From NCBI GenBank assembly GCA_965204725.1, contig OZ242005.1, forward strand, positions 3,136,001-3,200,000: a stretch of DNA of 64,000 nt, in the 5' to 3' direction. The position numbers and the translations under genes were made by a program. This document shows, one piece after another, positions 55,463 to 64,000 of this stretch. Origin of the DNA: Candidatus Latescibacterota bacterium. Lineage in GTDB: Bacteria > Latescibacterota > UBA2968 > UBA8231. Within the stretch, counting starts at the first letter, position 1. Each line of letters begins with the position of its first letter. The notes beneath the pieces were generated by a model, which saw only the letters and a list, made by a program, of their open reading frames with translations, was not told where the DNA came from and did not search any database.

Positions 55463-55987
55463 ATGTTGGCCAATTTTCTCAGCGTCCTGCGGGTTCTACT
55501 CATCCCCTTTCTGCTCTACTTCATCGCCCAAGGGCCAGCGGCCCAACTCCAAGCCGTGCTCCTGCTGCTCATCGCCGGCGCCACGGACATCGGCGACGGC
55601 TGGGTGGCGCGGCGCTACGACCAAGTCTCCCGCCTCGGCAAGATACTCGACCCACTGGCCGATAAAATTTTTCTCGCCTGCCTACTCGGCGCCCTAGTCC
55701 ACTGGCGCGATTTGCCGCTGTGGCTTTTGGCGATGCTCTTGGTCCGCGACTTGGCAATCGTGTTGGTGGGGGGGTTGTTCTTGCGTTCACAGGGGCTGGT
55801 CATTGCCGCCAATCGCTGGGGCAAATACACGACCGTCTGCATGGCACTTACGGCCTTCAGCTACATCCTCGATGCCCCGTCCAGCTTGCGCACGGGGCTG
55901 AGCTGGGCCGCGGCGGCCTTGGTCGTCATCTCCAGCTTGAGCTACGCCCAACTCGCGCTCAGGCTCTTGCAACGAGACCGAACTTGA
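55463..55987 (+). CDS. pgsA: CDP-alcohol phosphatidyltransferase (PgsA/Cls-like)
   Basis: N.LS.LR, TD..DGW.ARR..QVS.LGKILDPLADK. Confidence 0.85.
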   Translation: MLANFLSVLRVLLIPFLLYFIAQGPAAQLQAVLLLLIAGATDIGDGWVARRYDQVSRLGKILDPLADKIFLACLLGALVHWRDLPLWLLAMLLVRDLAIVLVGGLFLRSQGLVIAANRWGKYTTVCMALTAFSYILDAPSSLRTGLSWAAAALVVISSLSYAQLALRLLQRDRT

Positions 55988-55989
55988 AG

Positions 55990-56139
55990 TCAGTTGGGCC
56001 GAATCAAGCGACGCCAGCGCCGATAGGATCGCTCGTCCCAAGCGCGACGCCGGGCGTAGCCATAGATCATCGCCAGCACCTTGCGCCGCAAAGCTAGCTC
56101 GTGCAGGTCGATTTTCCCGTCTGGTTCTCTGCGCGTCAC
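55990..56139 (-). CDS. Possible 49-aa Arg/Trp-rich small protein
   Basis: Manual translation VTRREPDGKIDLHELALRRKVLAMIYGYARRRAWDERSYRRWRRLIRPN*; stop lies 2 bp from the pgsA stop; no clear RBS. Confidence 0.35.
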   Translation of the reverse strand: MTRREPDGKIDLHELALRRKVLAMIYGYARRRAWDERSYRRWRRLIRPN

Positions 56140-56248
56140 AATCGAAGGGATGGGGGTAGGGGTGAGAGGATTAAGCGGAAGACGAGGCCAAAACAGTTAG
56201 CCGCTTAACCATATTTTTTCGCCTTTTGCTTCAACTGCTGTCGCTTCC

Positions 56249-56394
56249 TATAGCAGTCCTAAATGACTCGAAAGCATGAAATGTTGATCGGCCCGGTCTT
56301 TTTTGCCTATCAGGCGTCATTCCCGCGAACGGACGTCGCCCCGTGCCCCGACACGGGGCGGGAATCCAGTCTTGAATGATGTAGGATTGCTATA
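56249..56394. mobile_element. 146-bp MITE (including flanking TA) with IS630-type ends and a nested palindromic repeat
   Basis: Ends TATAGCAGTCCTAAATGACTCGAAAG and CTTGAATGATGTAGGATTGCTATA match the ends of the IS at 15233-16372. Confidence 0.8.
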
Positions 56395-56574
56395 GCTGTC
56401 CGTATCGCCGCTTACAGACTCAATCGCCTTTGGTAGTTCGTTCTGCTTGGCATCGCTGGGCACGTCCATGGTAGTCGCTAACAAGATCGCCCAATACGAA
56501 ACGTCCTCTTTCCGTAACGGCCAAGTGTCCATTGGAATCCTCCAAAAAGCCGGCTGTGATAAGCGTTTGAACAT
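56317..56574 (-). CDS. Small AT-rich hypothetical ORF whose stop codon was disrupted by the MITE
   Basis: MFKRLSQPAFWR...GDTDS (60 aa) followed by 25 MITE-derived residues. Confidence 0.35.
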   Translation of the reverse strand: MFKRLSQPAFWRIPMDTWPLRKEDVSYWAILLATTMDVPSDAKQNELPKAIESVSGDTDSYSNPTSFKTGFPPRVGARGDVRSRE

Positions 56575-56740
56575 TTTCTTCAACCGCTCCCTCTGAAAGG
56601 GAAATACCCTTAATTCGACCGGTATGAGGCCGCTTTTGTGTCTGATGTAAGGTAGAATACCAAGTGCCTCAGTCAATATAAAAGCCTCAAGGATCTGGCA
56701 GCCGAGGGGCAACGCAAGGAATGTTGGAAAGGTTTATGAG

Positions 56741-58645
56741 ATGGCCGCGCTGCGCTTAGCCGCGCTCATCGTCGGCATTACGGTCGCCAGCGGGTGGTTG
56801 CTCCAGCGCGTCGAGTTGCTGTACAACGGCCCGCATTTGGCCGGGGCCGGGAGTATGCCGGGGGGCCAAGTCTTTCTCGCGGTGCCCTTGGGAGCCTTGG
56901 CCGCCGTTACCTTAATGCGGCGCGTGCTCGGCCCGGGGGATCGCGCGGTGCTTTACGCCGCGTTGACCATTGGGGTGTCGGCGACCGCTTCCGGCCTGAT
57001 GCACCGGTTTTTGCCGAGCTTGGTGACGGGTTTCTACGGGGGCTTTGCCCGGCCGACCGGCCCCTATTACCGCTTTCTGCAAGTCGTCCCGGACTGGCTG
57101 GTCCCGGGCGGGCCGAATGAGGTGCCGGCCATCGGGGCGTTTGAGGGCGGCGCGGCCGTGCCTTGGGGCGCGTGGCTGGGGCCGCTAGCAATGTGGACCG
57201 CGTTTTTCGGGGCGTTCTTTCTGACCTGCTTCTGCTTGGTGTGGCTTTTGCGGCAACGCTGGCTGGAGGTTGAGCGGTTGGGGTTCCCGCTGCTTGAAGT
57301 ACCCCGCGCCTTCGTGGCCGGAGGCCTGTTTGGCCAGCGGCTTTTTTGGTGGGGCGCGTTGGTGCCGGGCGCGTTGCTGGGGATCAATGGCTTGCATCAC
57401 TACGCGCCGACCGTGCCCGAGATCGCCACGGGCCTGAACATGGCTCATTTCCTCCTCGACGACCCGTGGAAAGCCATGGCACCCTTTGAGTCGCCGTTCT
57501 ACTTCGACTTTGTTCCCCTATTGGTGGGCGCGGCCTTTCTCGCGCCCGTAGAAGTGTCGTTCAGCACGTGGTTGTTCTATCTGCTCACCCGCGTCCAATT
57601 GTTGGTGGCCCATTTTCTCGGGCGACTTGAGTATCGCGGCGACTTCATCCCCGGGCACGGGTCGCCGTGGCTAGATTGGCCCAGTCACTTCCCCTTTTTT
57701 ATGGCGCAGGCGCGCGGTGGCCTGCTGTTTTTGGGGCTGCTCAGCCTGTGGTCGGCGCGGCGAGCCTTGGCCGCGGCGATCGCTTGGCGCAGCCGGGCGA
57801 CGTGGGGGCTAGTAGTCGGGCTGCTGGTGCTGTGGGCTTGGACTGCGGCTTTGGGGGTGCCGCCGCTTATGGGCATTGCGGCGTTGTTGCTGGTGTTGCT
57901 GTTGGCATTGACGTTTGCGCGCCTGCGGATCGACGGGGGCCTGCCCATTGTGGGGATGCCGCAGATTGTGGGCTACCTGTTCTTCGTGGTGTTGGGGACC
58001 GGAGCCGGGCGGTTTGCCGATGCGACGTACATGGGCTTTGGATTTTTGGCGGTGTTTGGCTTTACGATGATTGGGCTTTGGCCGGCCTTGCAATTTGAGG
58101 GGCTGAAGTTGGCCGAGATGCACGGGGTGTCGCCGCGTCGCTTGATTGGGGGGATGACGTTGGGGTTGGCTGTCGGGCTGGGAGCCGGCTATGTGTTTTC
58201 GCTGGAGACGATCTACGAGCACGGGCTGTTCGCCTTGCAGGAGCAGGGCGGGGCGCAGGCGGAAGCGCGCATTGGCCGCTACTACAACTACTTGTTCAAG
58301 GACGCGGGCACCGTGGATGGCGGCACGGACTGGATGCGCTTGGGGTTTCACGCGGCCGGGGCGGGTTTTACCTATTTCTTGGCGTTGATGCGCCAGCACT
58401 TTCTCCGCTGGCCCTTGCATCCCATGGGCTTTGTGTTTGGCACGGGTTTTGGCTGGCTGGTGTGGGGCTCGGTGTTGTGCGGCTGGCTGTGCAAGTGGCT
58501 GGCCGTGCGCTACGGCGGAGCGCGAACCTACCGGCGGGTCCGGCCGTTTTTCTTGGGGATGATTGGCGGGGAGATCGCGCTGCGGCTGGTGTGGGCCGCG
58601 GTCGCGCTATGGCAGGGTGAGATAGGAGGGGGATACCGGCCGTGA
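56741..58645 (+). CDS. DUF6785/DUF6784-type polytopic membrane protein (OPT-like)
   Basis: PDWLVP, PW.AWL.PL..W, RQRW.E.ERL.FPL, C-terminal F..WPLHP.G...W..K....RYGG...YR..RPFFLG.I.GE. Confidence 0.75.
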   Translation: MAALRLAALIVGITVASGWLLQRVELLYNGPHLAGAGSMPGGQVFLAVPLGALAAVTLMRRVLGPGDRAVLYAALTIGVSATASGLMHRFLPSLVTGFYGGFARPTGPYYRFLQVVPDWLVPGGPNEVPAIGAFEGGAAVPWGAWLGPLAMWTAFFGAFFLTCFCLVWLLRQRWLEVERLGFPLLEVPRAFVAGGLFGQRLFWWGALVPGALLGINGLHHYAPTVPEIATGLNMAHFLLDDPWKAMAPFESPFYFDFVPLLVGAAFLAPVEVSFSTWLFYLLTRVQLLVAHFLGRLEYRGDFIPGHGSPWLDWPSHFPFFMAQARGGLLFLGLLSLWSARRALAAAIAWRSRATWGLVVGLLVLWAWTAALGVPPLMGIAALLLVLLLALTFARLRIDGGLPIVGMPQIVGYLFFVVLGTGAGRFADATYMGFGFLAVFGFTMIGLWPALQFEGLKLAEMHGVSPRRLIGGMTLGLAVGLGAGYVFSLETIYEHGLFALQEQGGAQAEARIGRYYNYLFKDAGTVDGGTDWMRLGFHAAGAGFTYFLALMRQHFLRWPLHPMGFVFGTGFGWLVWGSVLCGWLCKWLAVRYGGARTYRRVRPFFLGMIGGEIALRLVWAAVALWQGEIGGGYRP

Positions 58646-60612
58646 GGACCGACGAACTGACCAGTTACCGCGACCTGATGCAGCCGCCGACGCGCTTTCG
58701 CACGGGCTTTACGGCGCGCACGGTGGCCGGGGCGTTCTTCGTCGGCTTTATCATGATGCCCGGTGCCATTTACATGGGCCTGATTGCCGGCACCTCGCTC
58801 GGCGCGGCCGCCGAATGGGTGACCATCATCCTGTTTTCCGAGTTGGCGCGGCGTTCCTTTTCTGCGCTAACGCGCCAAGAGATTTACCTGATCTACTACA
58901 TTGCCGGTGGCTTGGCCGGCGTCATCGGCGGCACCATGCTGGCCGGTGGGCCGTTTGGGCAACTCGTGTGGAACCAGTACCTCGCCCAGTCGCCGGCCGC
59001 GGCGGGCTTTGGCATTGCCGAGCACATTCCAGCATGGGTTGCGCCGCCGGTCGGTTCGGACGCGCTAATCGGGCGCAGCTTTTTGCACCGGGCGTGGATT
59101 CCGCCGGTGGTCGTGCTGGTCGCCTCGCAGGTTTTGTCGCGGGTCGAGTGGTTCGCGCTCGGCTACATCCTCTTTCGGGTCACGTCCGATGTGGAGCGTT
59201 TGCCCTTTCCACTGGCCCCGGTCGCCGCGCAGGGGGCGACGGCCCTGGCCGAGGGCGACGAAGGGCGGGATAGCTGGCGGTGGCGGGTTTTCTCGGTGGG
59301 CATGGGGATTGGTTTGCTGTTCGGCGCGGTGTACGTGGGCTTGCCCGCGCTGACCGGGTTGATCGCCAGCGATCCCATCGTCCTGCTGCCCATTCCTTGG
59401 ATCGACTTGACGCGCACGACCCAAGGCATTTTGCCGGCCGCGCCTTTGGGCATTGGCACGGACTTGGGCTTGGTGTTGTTGGGGATGGTGCTGCCGTTTT
59501 GGATTGTCGTCGGCACGTTTGCCGCGGCCATGGTCCACGCCTTGGGTAGCCCGATTCTCTATCATCTTGGGGCGCTGCCGCACTGGCGCCCAGGCATGGA
59601 CGCGATCCTGACGAATTTCGCCAATGACATCGACGTGTGGATGAGCGTGTACATTGGCGCTGGGGCGGCCGTGGGCGCGATTGGCTTGTTGCACGCCGTG
59701 CTGTCGGTGCGGGCGTCGCGCCGTCAGGGCGAGCGCCGCCCGTTGCGGGATACGCCGCCCGGGCGGGGCGACTTTCCGCTGTGGATAGCGGTTGTCGGAT
59801 ACGCGCTATCGACGCTGGCCATGGTCGGGCTGTGCGTGTTGCTCCTAGAGGACGATGAGTTTCCGCTGGTCTTTTTGCTGCTCTTCGGCTTCGTATTGAC
59901 GCCGGTGATTTCATACGTCAATGCGCGCATGGCCGGGTTGACGGGTCAGTTGGTCAGCTTCCCGCTGCTGCGCGAAGGGGCTTTTATCTTGAGCGGCTAC
60001 CGAGGCATAGATATATGGTTCGCGCCCATTCCATACTCCGATCACGGCCGGCGCGCCCAGCTCTTCCGCGAAGTGGAGCTGACCGGGACGCGCTTCTCGT
60101 CCATCCTCAAGGCCGAGTTGTTGCTGTTGCCGCTGAGCTTGGTCTGCGGCTTTGTGTTTTGGTCGCTGGTCTGGCAGATGGAGCCCATTCCCTCGCCGAC
60201 CTTCCAATACGCGCAGACGTATTGGCATCTCATCGCGCTGCGCCAGTGCTTGTGGTACTCGGCGACGTTGGGCGGGGAAACGCTGTTTGACGAGGCGATT
60301 AAGGGCTGGTGGATCGCGGGGAGTTTTGTGCTGGCCGGGGGGACGTTTGGAATTATGTCGTGGTTGGGGTGGCCGATTTCGCTCGTGTACGGGTTTGTGC
60401 GCGGCCTTTCGGGGCTGCCGCATTTGCTAATCCCGGAGATGGCCGGGGCCCTGCTGGCGCGCTATTGGCTGGAGCCGCGCTTTGGGGCGCAGCAGTGGCG
60501 GCAATACGCGCCGGTGTTGTTGGCTGGATACGCCTGCGGCATGGGCTTGGTGGGCATGTCGGCCGTGGCCGTTGCCTTAATATCCAAGTCGGTGACCCAG
60601 TTGCACTATTGA
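58642..60612 (+). CDS. OPT-superfamily-like 'peptide transporter' membrane protein
   Basis: Many TM helices; GFT.RT..GAFF...MMPGAIY, TRQE, DVERLPFPLA.V.A.G; GTG overlaps the upstream stop. Confidence 0.7.
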   Translation: MRTDELTSYRDLMQPPTRFRTGFTARTVAGAFFVGFIMMPGAIYMGLIAGTSLGAAAEWVTIILFSELARRSFSALTRQEIYLIYYIAGGLAGVIGGTMLAGGPFGQLVWNQYLAQSPAAAGFGIAEHIPAWVAPPVGSDALIGRSFLHRAWIPPVVVLVASQVLSRVEWFALGYILFRVTSDVERLPFPLAPVAAQGATALAEGDEGRDSWRWRVFSVGMGIGLLFGAVYVGLPALTGLIASDPIVLLPIPWIDLTRTTQGILPAAPLGIGTDLGLVLLGMVLPFWIVVGTFAAAMVHALGSPILYHLGALPHWRPGMDAILTNFANDIDVWMSVYIGAGAAVGAIGLLHAVLSVRASRRQGERRPLRDTPPGRGDFPLWIAVVGYALSTLAMVGLCVLLLEDDEFPLVFLLLFGFVLTPVISYVNARMAGLTGQLVSFPLLREGAFILSGYRGIDIWFAPIPYSDHGRRAQLFREVELTGTRFSSILKAELLLLPLSLVCGFVFWSLVWQMEPIPSPTFQYAQTYWHLIALRQCLWYSATLGGETLFDEAIKGWWIAGSFVLAGGTFGIMSWLGWPISLVYGFVRGLSGLPHLLIPEMAGALLARYWLEPRFGAQQWRQYAPVLLAGYACGMGLVGMSAVAVALISKSVTQLHY

Positions 60613-60618
60613 GGCCGG

Positions 60619-61605
60619 TCAGCCGCGCAGCGCGTGGCCGAGGTCAAAGGCGCGTTTGAGCCAGCGGCTCTTGTGGCCTACAACCGCGTAGTATGGCACG
60701 AGGTCGCAGCCAAAGCCGCGCTTGAAAAAGGCGATGGAGGGCAGGTTGGCGCCGACGAAGTCAAAATATGGGCGGGAACAGGTCGCCCAGTACTGCCAGA
60801 ACAAAAGCGAGTTGGCGCCGGTGTGGTTGAAGGCGGGGTCGGAGCCCCCGGTCCAGAAATAAGCGGTGTCGCGGCCTTCGACAAAAACCACGAGGCCGGC
60901 AGCCCCCCCGTCTGAAGCCGCGATTTTGTACGCCTTGGCGAGGCTGGCCTCTAGGACTAGAGCGACAAAGCGCTCGGCCATCGCCGAGGCGACCGGAGGG
61001 CCGCTGGTTTGGTTGGTGTACGTGGCTTCGTATTGCCGCCGAAAGAGCGCGGTGTCAGCGGTGGCTTGGAACTGATAGCCGAGTTTTTCGGCTTTGCGGA
61101 TGGCGCGGCGTCTGAGGGTCGCCAGCCCTTCCCAGAGGGTGTCGCTATCGCCGAGGGGCAGCCGATAGGTATAGCGCAGGTGCGCGTCCCAGCCTTGCCA
61201 AGTGAAGGGACGCACGTCGGCGATGGCCGGCGCGTGGACTAGGAAGACGCGGTGGTAGTGCTGGGCGATGTAGTTGAGCAGGTGCGTACAAGCGTGATGC
61301 TGGGCGGCTTCGGCCGTAGCGGGCCTTTTGCTGGCAACCGGGGCTAAGAGCAGGCCGGTGTGGGGCGTCAGTTCCGGGGTTTCGAGGCGGTAGAGGCCCC
61401 AACGCCAGCGGGCTAGGCCGCTGAGGCCGGCCACGAGGCGTCCATTGCGGTAGCAGCCGAGGCGGTGGACTTGACCGCCGGTCGCGGCGGCCGCACAGGC
61501 GAGCCATGCGCTGGTGGAGAACACCGTGCCGCCGATGGCTTGATAGACGAAGGCATCCCAAGCGGTGTCGTCGGCGACGAGCTGGATTTCGTAGGTGTCG
61601 GGCAT
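60619..61605 (-). CDS. GNAT-family (FemAB/CelD-like) acetyltransferase
   Basis: WDAFV...TVF.T.AW, RYTY, RRAIRKA, GANSLL, FDFVGAN.PSIA.FK.GFG. Confidence 0.8.
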   Translation of the reverse strand: MPDTYEIQLVADDTAWDAFVYQAIGGTVFSTSAWLACAAAATGGQVHRLGCYRNGRLVAGLSGLARWRWGLYRLETPELTPHTGLLLAPVASKRPATAEAAQHHACTHLLNYIAQHYHRVFLVHAPAIADVRPFTWQGWDAHLRYTYRLPLGDSDTLWEGLATLRRRAIRKAEKLGYQFQATADTALFRRQYEATYTNQTSGPPVASAMAERFVALVLEASLAKAYKIAASDGGAAGLVVFVEGRDTAYFWTGGSDPAFNHTGANSLLFWQYWATCSRPYFDFVGANLPSIAFFKRGFGCDLVPYYAVVGHKSRWLKRAFDLGHALRG

Positions 61606-61760
61606 GGCTCGCTGTTGGGGGCGGACGATTGCGGCTGAAATTGGCCGGAAGCCGAAAGAACCACATCTGCGTTTTCGCGTCAAGGCGATGGGAGCCGAGC
61701 GGATTGTGCGGCCTTTTGCAACTAAGGTTTGATTTTTCTATAATCCGTTAGGACTTACGC

Positions 61761-63758
61761 ATGGACCTCTTTGAATCGACATTCCCCCCCCGAAAAATTC
61801 GCTTCCGAGTTTCGGCACTTGTTCTTTTGCTCATGCTGTTGGCATGCGGTGACGACAATGCTCCCGACGGGGCGGAAGAACTGGGTACGCCAACCGAAAC
61901 CGTCGTTAGTGCTTCCGACAGACATCTTACGGTCGATTGGAACGAAATCCCCGGCGCGACGAGTTACAAGATCGCCGTCAGACAGAAGAACGGATTCGTC
62001 CCCCTCAAGTGGCGCGAATACACGGTGCCCACCGCGCCGTACACCATCGCGGATAGGTGGGCGCTGAGTGGGATGGAGTATGAGGTGCGGGTGGCCGCGG
62101 TCCACGCCCACGGGCAGTCCGAGTGGTCGGCCCCGGTCTCGATAACAGCCCCCGTGCTGCAAGCGGCCCCGGCCGATGCGATTAGCATCACCGCGCCCAC
62201 GGCCGAGGGAGACCCCATAGCCGTCAGCTTGCACAGTCAGCGTCCCTATAAGAACAAATCGCGGTGGAATTATTCTATTTGCAGTGCGGATGGGTCCGGG
62301 TGCAAGTTGTTGCCTAGGGCTTGGGCTTGGGCTTGGGATTCAGCGCGGCTGAGTCGGCTACACTGGATGGACCGGATGAGGGACAAAATGCAAGGGAAGC
62401 ACCTGTCGGTTCAGGTTGACTATGACAAAGAGGGGGTGTCGTATTCCGCAACGGCGGTGTTGGAGCTCGCGGACGCGGCTCCGGCTCCGGCCACTTTTGT
62501 CCCCGAATTAGCAGCCGGTTGCCCGCCGGTACGCCCGGATATAGGTGCAGATGGCTTGACTGCGGATGCGACTCATAAGACGCACTTGTATGCTCTGCAA
62601 TCGGCATCGGTAGGTCTCCGCTGGGACAGTGCGCGAGACGGGGCCATCGCGCGGGACTATGCACTCGGCGGGGCCATCGCGCCGTTGTGCAACGACCTGC
62701 TCGTGGCAACGACGCACGGACAGCTCGCGCTGGTGCGCCCAACCGGGGAGGTGGCGTATCTCAAAGGGAACGTGCCGATGAATAAGGAGGAACTCCTCGC
62801 GCACCCGGACAAAGCAAATTTTCACCTGTTGTGGTTTAGAGTGGCCGACATTTTGTTGAAATGGCATTCGGCCGGGCGGTATGAACTGTTTGTGACGCAT
62901 CACTATTTTACCGGCGAGTGCCTGCGGTTCCGGTTGTCCGCGACGACGCTTTTGCAGCAAGGCGCGGACGTTTCAGTGTCGCCGGAGTGGAGAACGATAT
63001 TCGACGCAGAACCCTGCCTACCAACCATACCCGGCATGAGAGGCGGCGAAGAAGCGGGCGGCAAGATGTTGATGGACGGCCCCGACCACTTGTTGGTCGT
63101 AATTGGAACTCATTCTCAAAATGAGTACGCTCAAGACCCGGCCTCGCACTTGGGCAAGCTCGTCCGCGTCGAAATCGCGACCGGCCATACAGAGGTACTG
63201 GCCTTCGGCCTTCGCAATCCGCAGGGGCTCGCATGGGATAGGGATGGCAACTTGTGGGAAACCGAGCACGGGCCGCAGGGTGGCGATGAACTCAACCTAC
63301 TGGAACCGGGCGGCAATTACGGTTGGCCTTGGGTTACTTATGGCGTCGGGTATGGAAGCTGGGTCAACGTGTCCCGAATCGAAAAGCTAGGCCGACACGA
63401 TAGCTTTGCAAAGCCCGTTTTCGCTTGGGTGCCGGCCATTGGCATCTCCAGCCTCATCGTCAATGACGAGCGCCTGTTCCCGCTGTGGAAAGACGATCTG
63501 CTGATCGGTGCGCTTTCAGGCTGGGATAAGGCCCACTCGCTCTATCGAGTTCGCCGCGATGGCACAGACGTGCAATACGTCGAGCGCATTAAGGTTGGCT
63601 ATCGGGTCCGAGATCTCGCGCAAATGCCGGATCGACGAATCGCGCTGTTGGCCGATCGGGGACGGGTCCATTTCCTGAGCCGATCCTACGCTGGGTGCGA
63701 CGATGAGTTAAAGTGGTTAAGCGTCTATGACGTTGACTGCGGGGAGAGGAGGCCATAG
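61761..63758 (+). CDS. Lipoprotein with fibronectin type III domain and PQQ-dependent sugar dehydrogenase (GSDH) domain
   Basis: LLAC lipobox; FN3 (LTVDW...YEVRVAAV..HG.SEWS); GLRNPQGL, TEHGPQGGDELN...GGNYGWP. Confidence 0.85.
   Translation: MDLFESTFPPRKIRFRVSALVLLLMLLACGDDNAPDGAEELGTPTETVVSASDRHLTVDWNEIPGATSYKIAVRQKNGFVPLKWREYTVPTAPYTIADRWALSGMEYEVRVAAVHAHGQSEWSAPVSITAPVLQAAPADAISITAPTAEGDPIAVSLHSQRPYKNKSRWNYSICSADGSGCKLLPRAWAWAWDSARLSRLHWMDRMRDKMQGKHLSVQVDYDKEGVSYSATAVLELADAAPAPATFVPELAAGCPPVRPDIGADGLTADATHKTHLYALQSASVGLRWDSARDGAIARDYALGGAIAPLCNDLLVATTHGQLALVRPTGEVAYLKGNVPMNKEELLAHPDKANFHLLWFRVADILLKWHSAGRYELFVTHHYFTGECLRFRLSATTLLQQGADVSVSPEWRTIFDAEPCLPTIPGMRGGEEAGGKMLMDGPDHLLVVIGTHSQNEYAQDPASHLGKLVRVEIATGHTEVLAFGLRNPQGLAWDRDGNLWETEHGPQGGDELNLLEPGGNYGWPWVTYGVGYGSWVNVSRIEKLGRHDSFAKPVFAWVPAIGISSLIVNDERLFPLWKDDLLIGALSGWDKAHSLYRVRRDGTDVQYVERIKVGYRVRDLAQMPDRRIALLADRGRVHFLSRSYAGCDDELKWLSVYDVDCGERRP
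62317..62337 (+). repeat. (GGGCTT)x3.5 in-frame simple sequence repeat encoding AWAWAW
   Basis: gggcttgggcttgggcttggg. Confidence 0.7.
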
Positions 63759-63760
63759 TC

Positions 63761-64000
63761 GTGGTGAAACGAAAAATTTGCTCCCGAGTTTCGGCACTTG
63801 CTGTCTTGCTCATGCTGTTGGCGGTCGCGGCCGAAAGCACCCTTGACGCGGCGGAAGCCCTCGGTGCGCCCACCGAAGTCGCCGTTGGTGCTGTCAACAG
63901 ACGCCTTACCGTCGCTTGGCGCGAAATCCCCGGCGCGACGAGCTACACGATCGCCGTTAGACTGAAAAACGGATTCGTCCCCTTCGAGTGGCGCGAATAC
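63761..64000 (+). CDS. Tandem paralog of the FN3-GSDH gene, 3'-truncated by the window edge
   Basis: AGGAGG RBS; RVSALAVLLMLLAVAA...PTEV...LTVAWREIPGATSY.IAVR.KNGFVP..WREY matches the N-terminus of 61761. Confidence 0.8.
   Translation, partial: MVKRKICSRVSALAVLLMLLAVAAESTLDAAEALGAPTEVAVGAVNRRLTVAWREIPGATSYTIAVRLKNGFVPFEWREY

Overview
GC-rich bacterial chromosomal window. FlgD/T9SS-type 'YPNPFNP' C-termini, DUF6785-like transporters and an ExbB-ExbD-ExbD-TonB operon suggest an FCB-group organism such as Latescibacterota or a relative, possibly host-associated; this is inference. Most of the window is housekeeping: rimO, ptsN-like EIIA, sixA, a phosphomannomutase, thrC, nadD, bamD, cpoB, rfaE2, five tRNAs, thyA, xerC, topA, map, nrdJ/nrdR with NrdR boxes, accD, surE, rpmI-rplT-pheST-zapB-zapA-rny-ymdB-xseAB-recN-pgsA. 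There are four accessory patches. (1) 0.9-2.3 kb: a tandem array of small coiled-coil proteins with C-terminal membrane anchors that vary by 21-bp repeat units; a fourth, divergent member lies at 26.8 kb. (2) 10.6-16.7 kb: duplicated FG-GAP/FlgD secreted-protein genes, one broken by a 304-bp microhomology deletion, plus a Cys-rich secreted peptide ORF, a MITE, a decayed IS630 and a relic of a phosphorothioate-sensing restriction enzyme. (3) 56-60.6 kb: an IS630-derived MITE with a nested palindromic repeat, then a coupled pair of homologous OPT-like/DUF6785 membrane proteins. (4) 61.7-64 kb: tandem FN3-PQQ-dehydrogenase paralogs. Also notable are an RNase Y with a degenerate HD site, a tandem-YjbQ protein and a PqqU/YncD-like receptor. 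No CRISPR array, rRNA or prophage was seen. All family assignments come from motif recognition by eye, without database searches.
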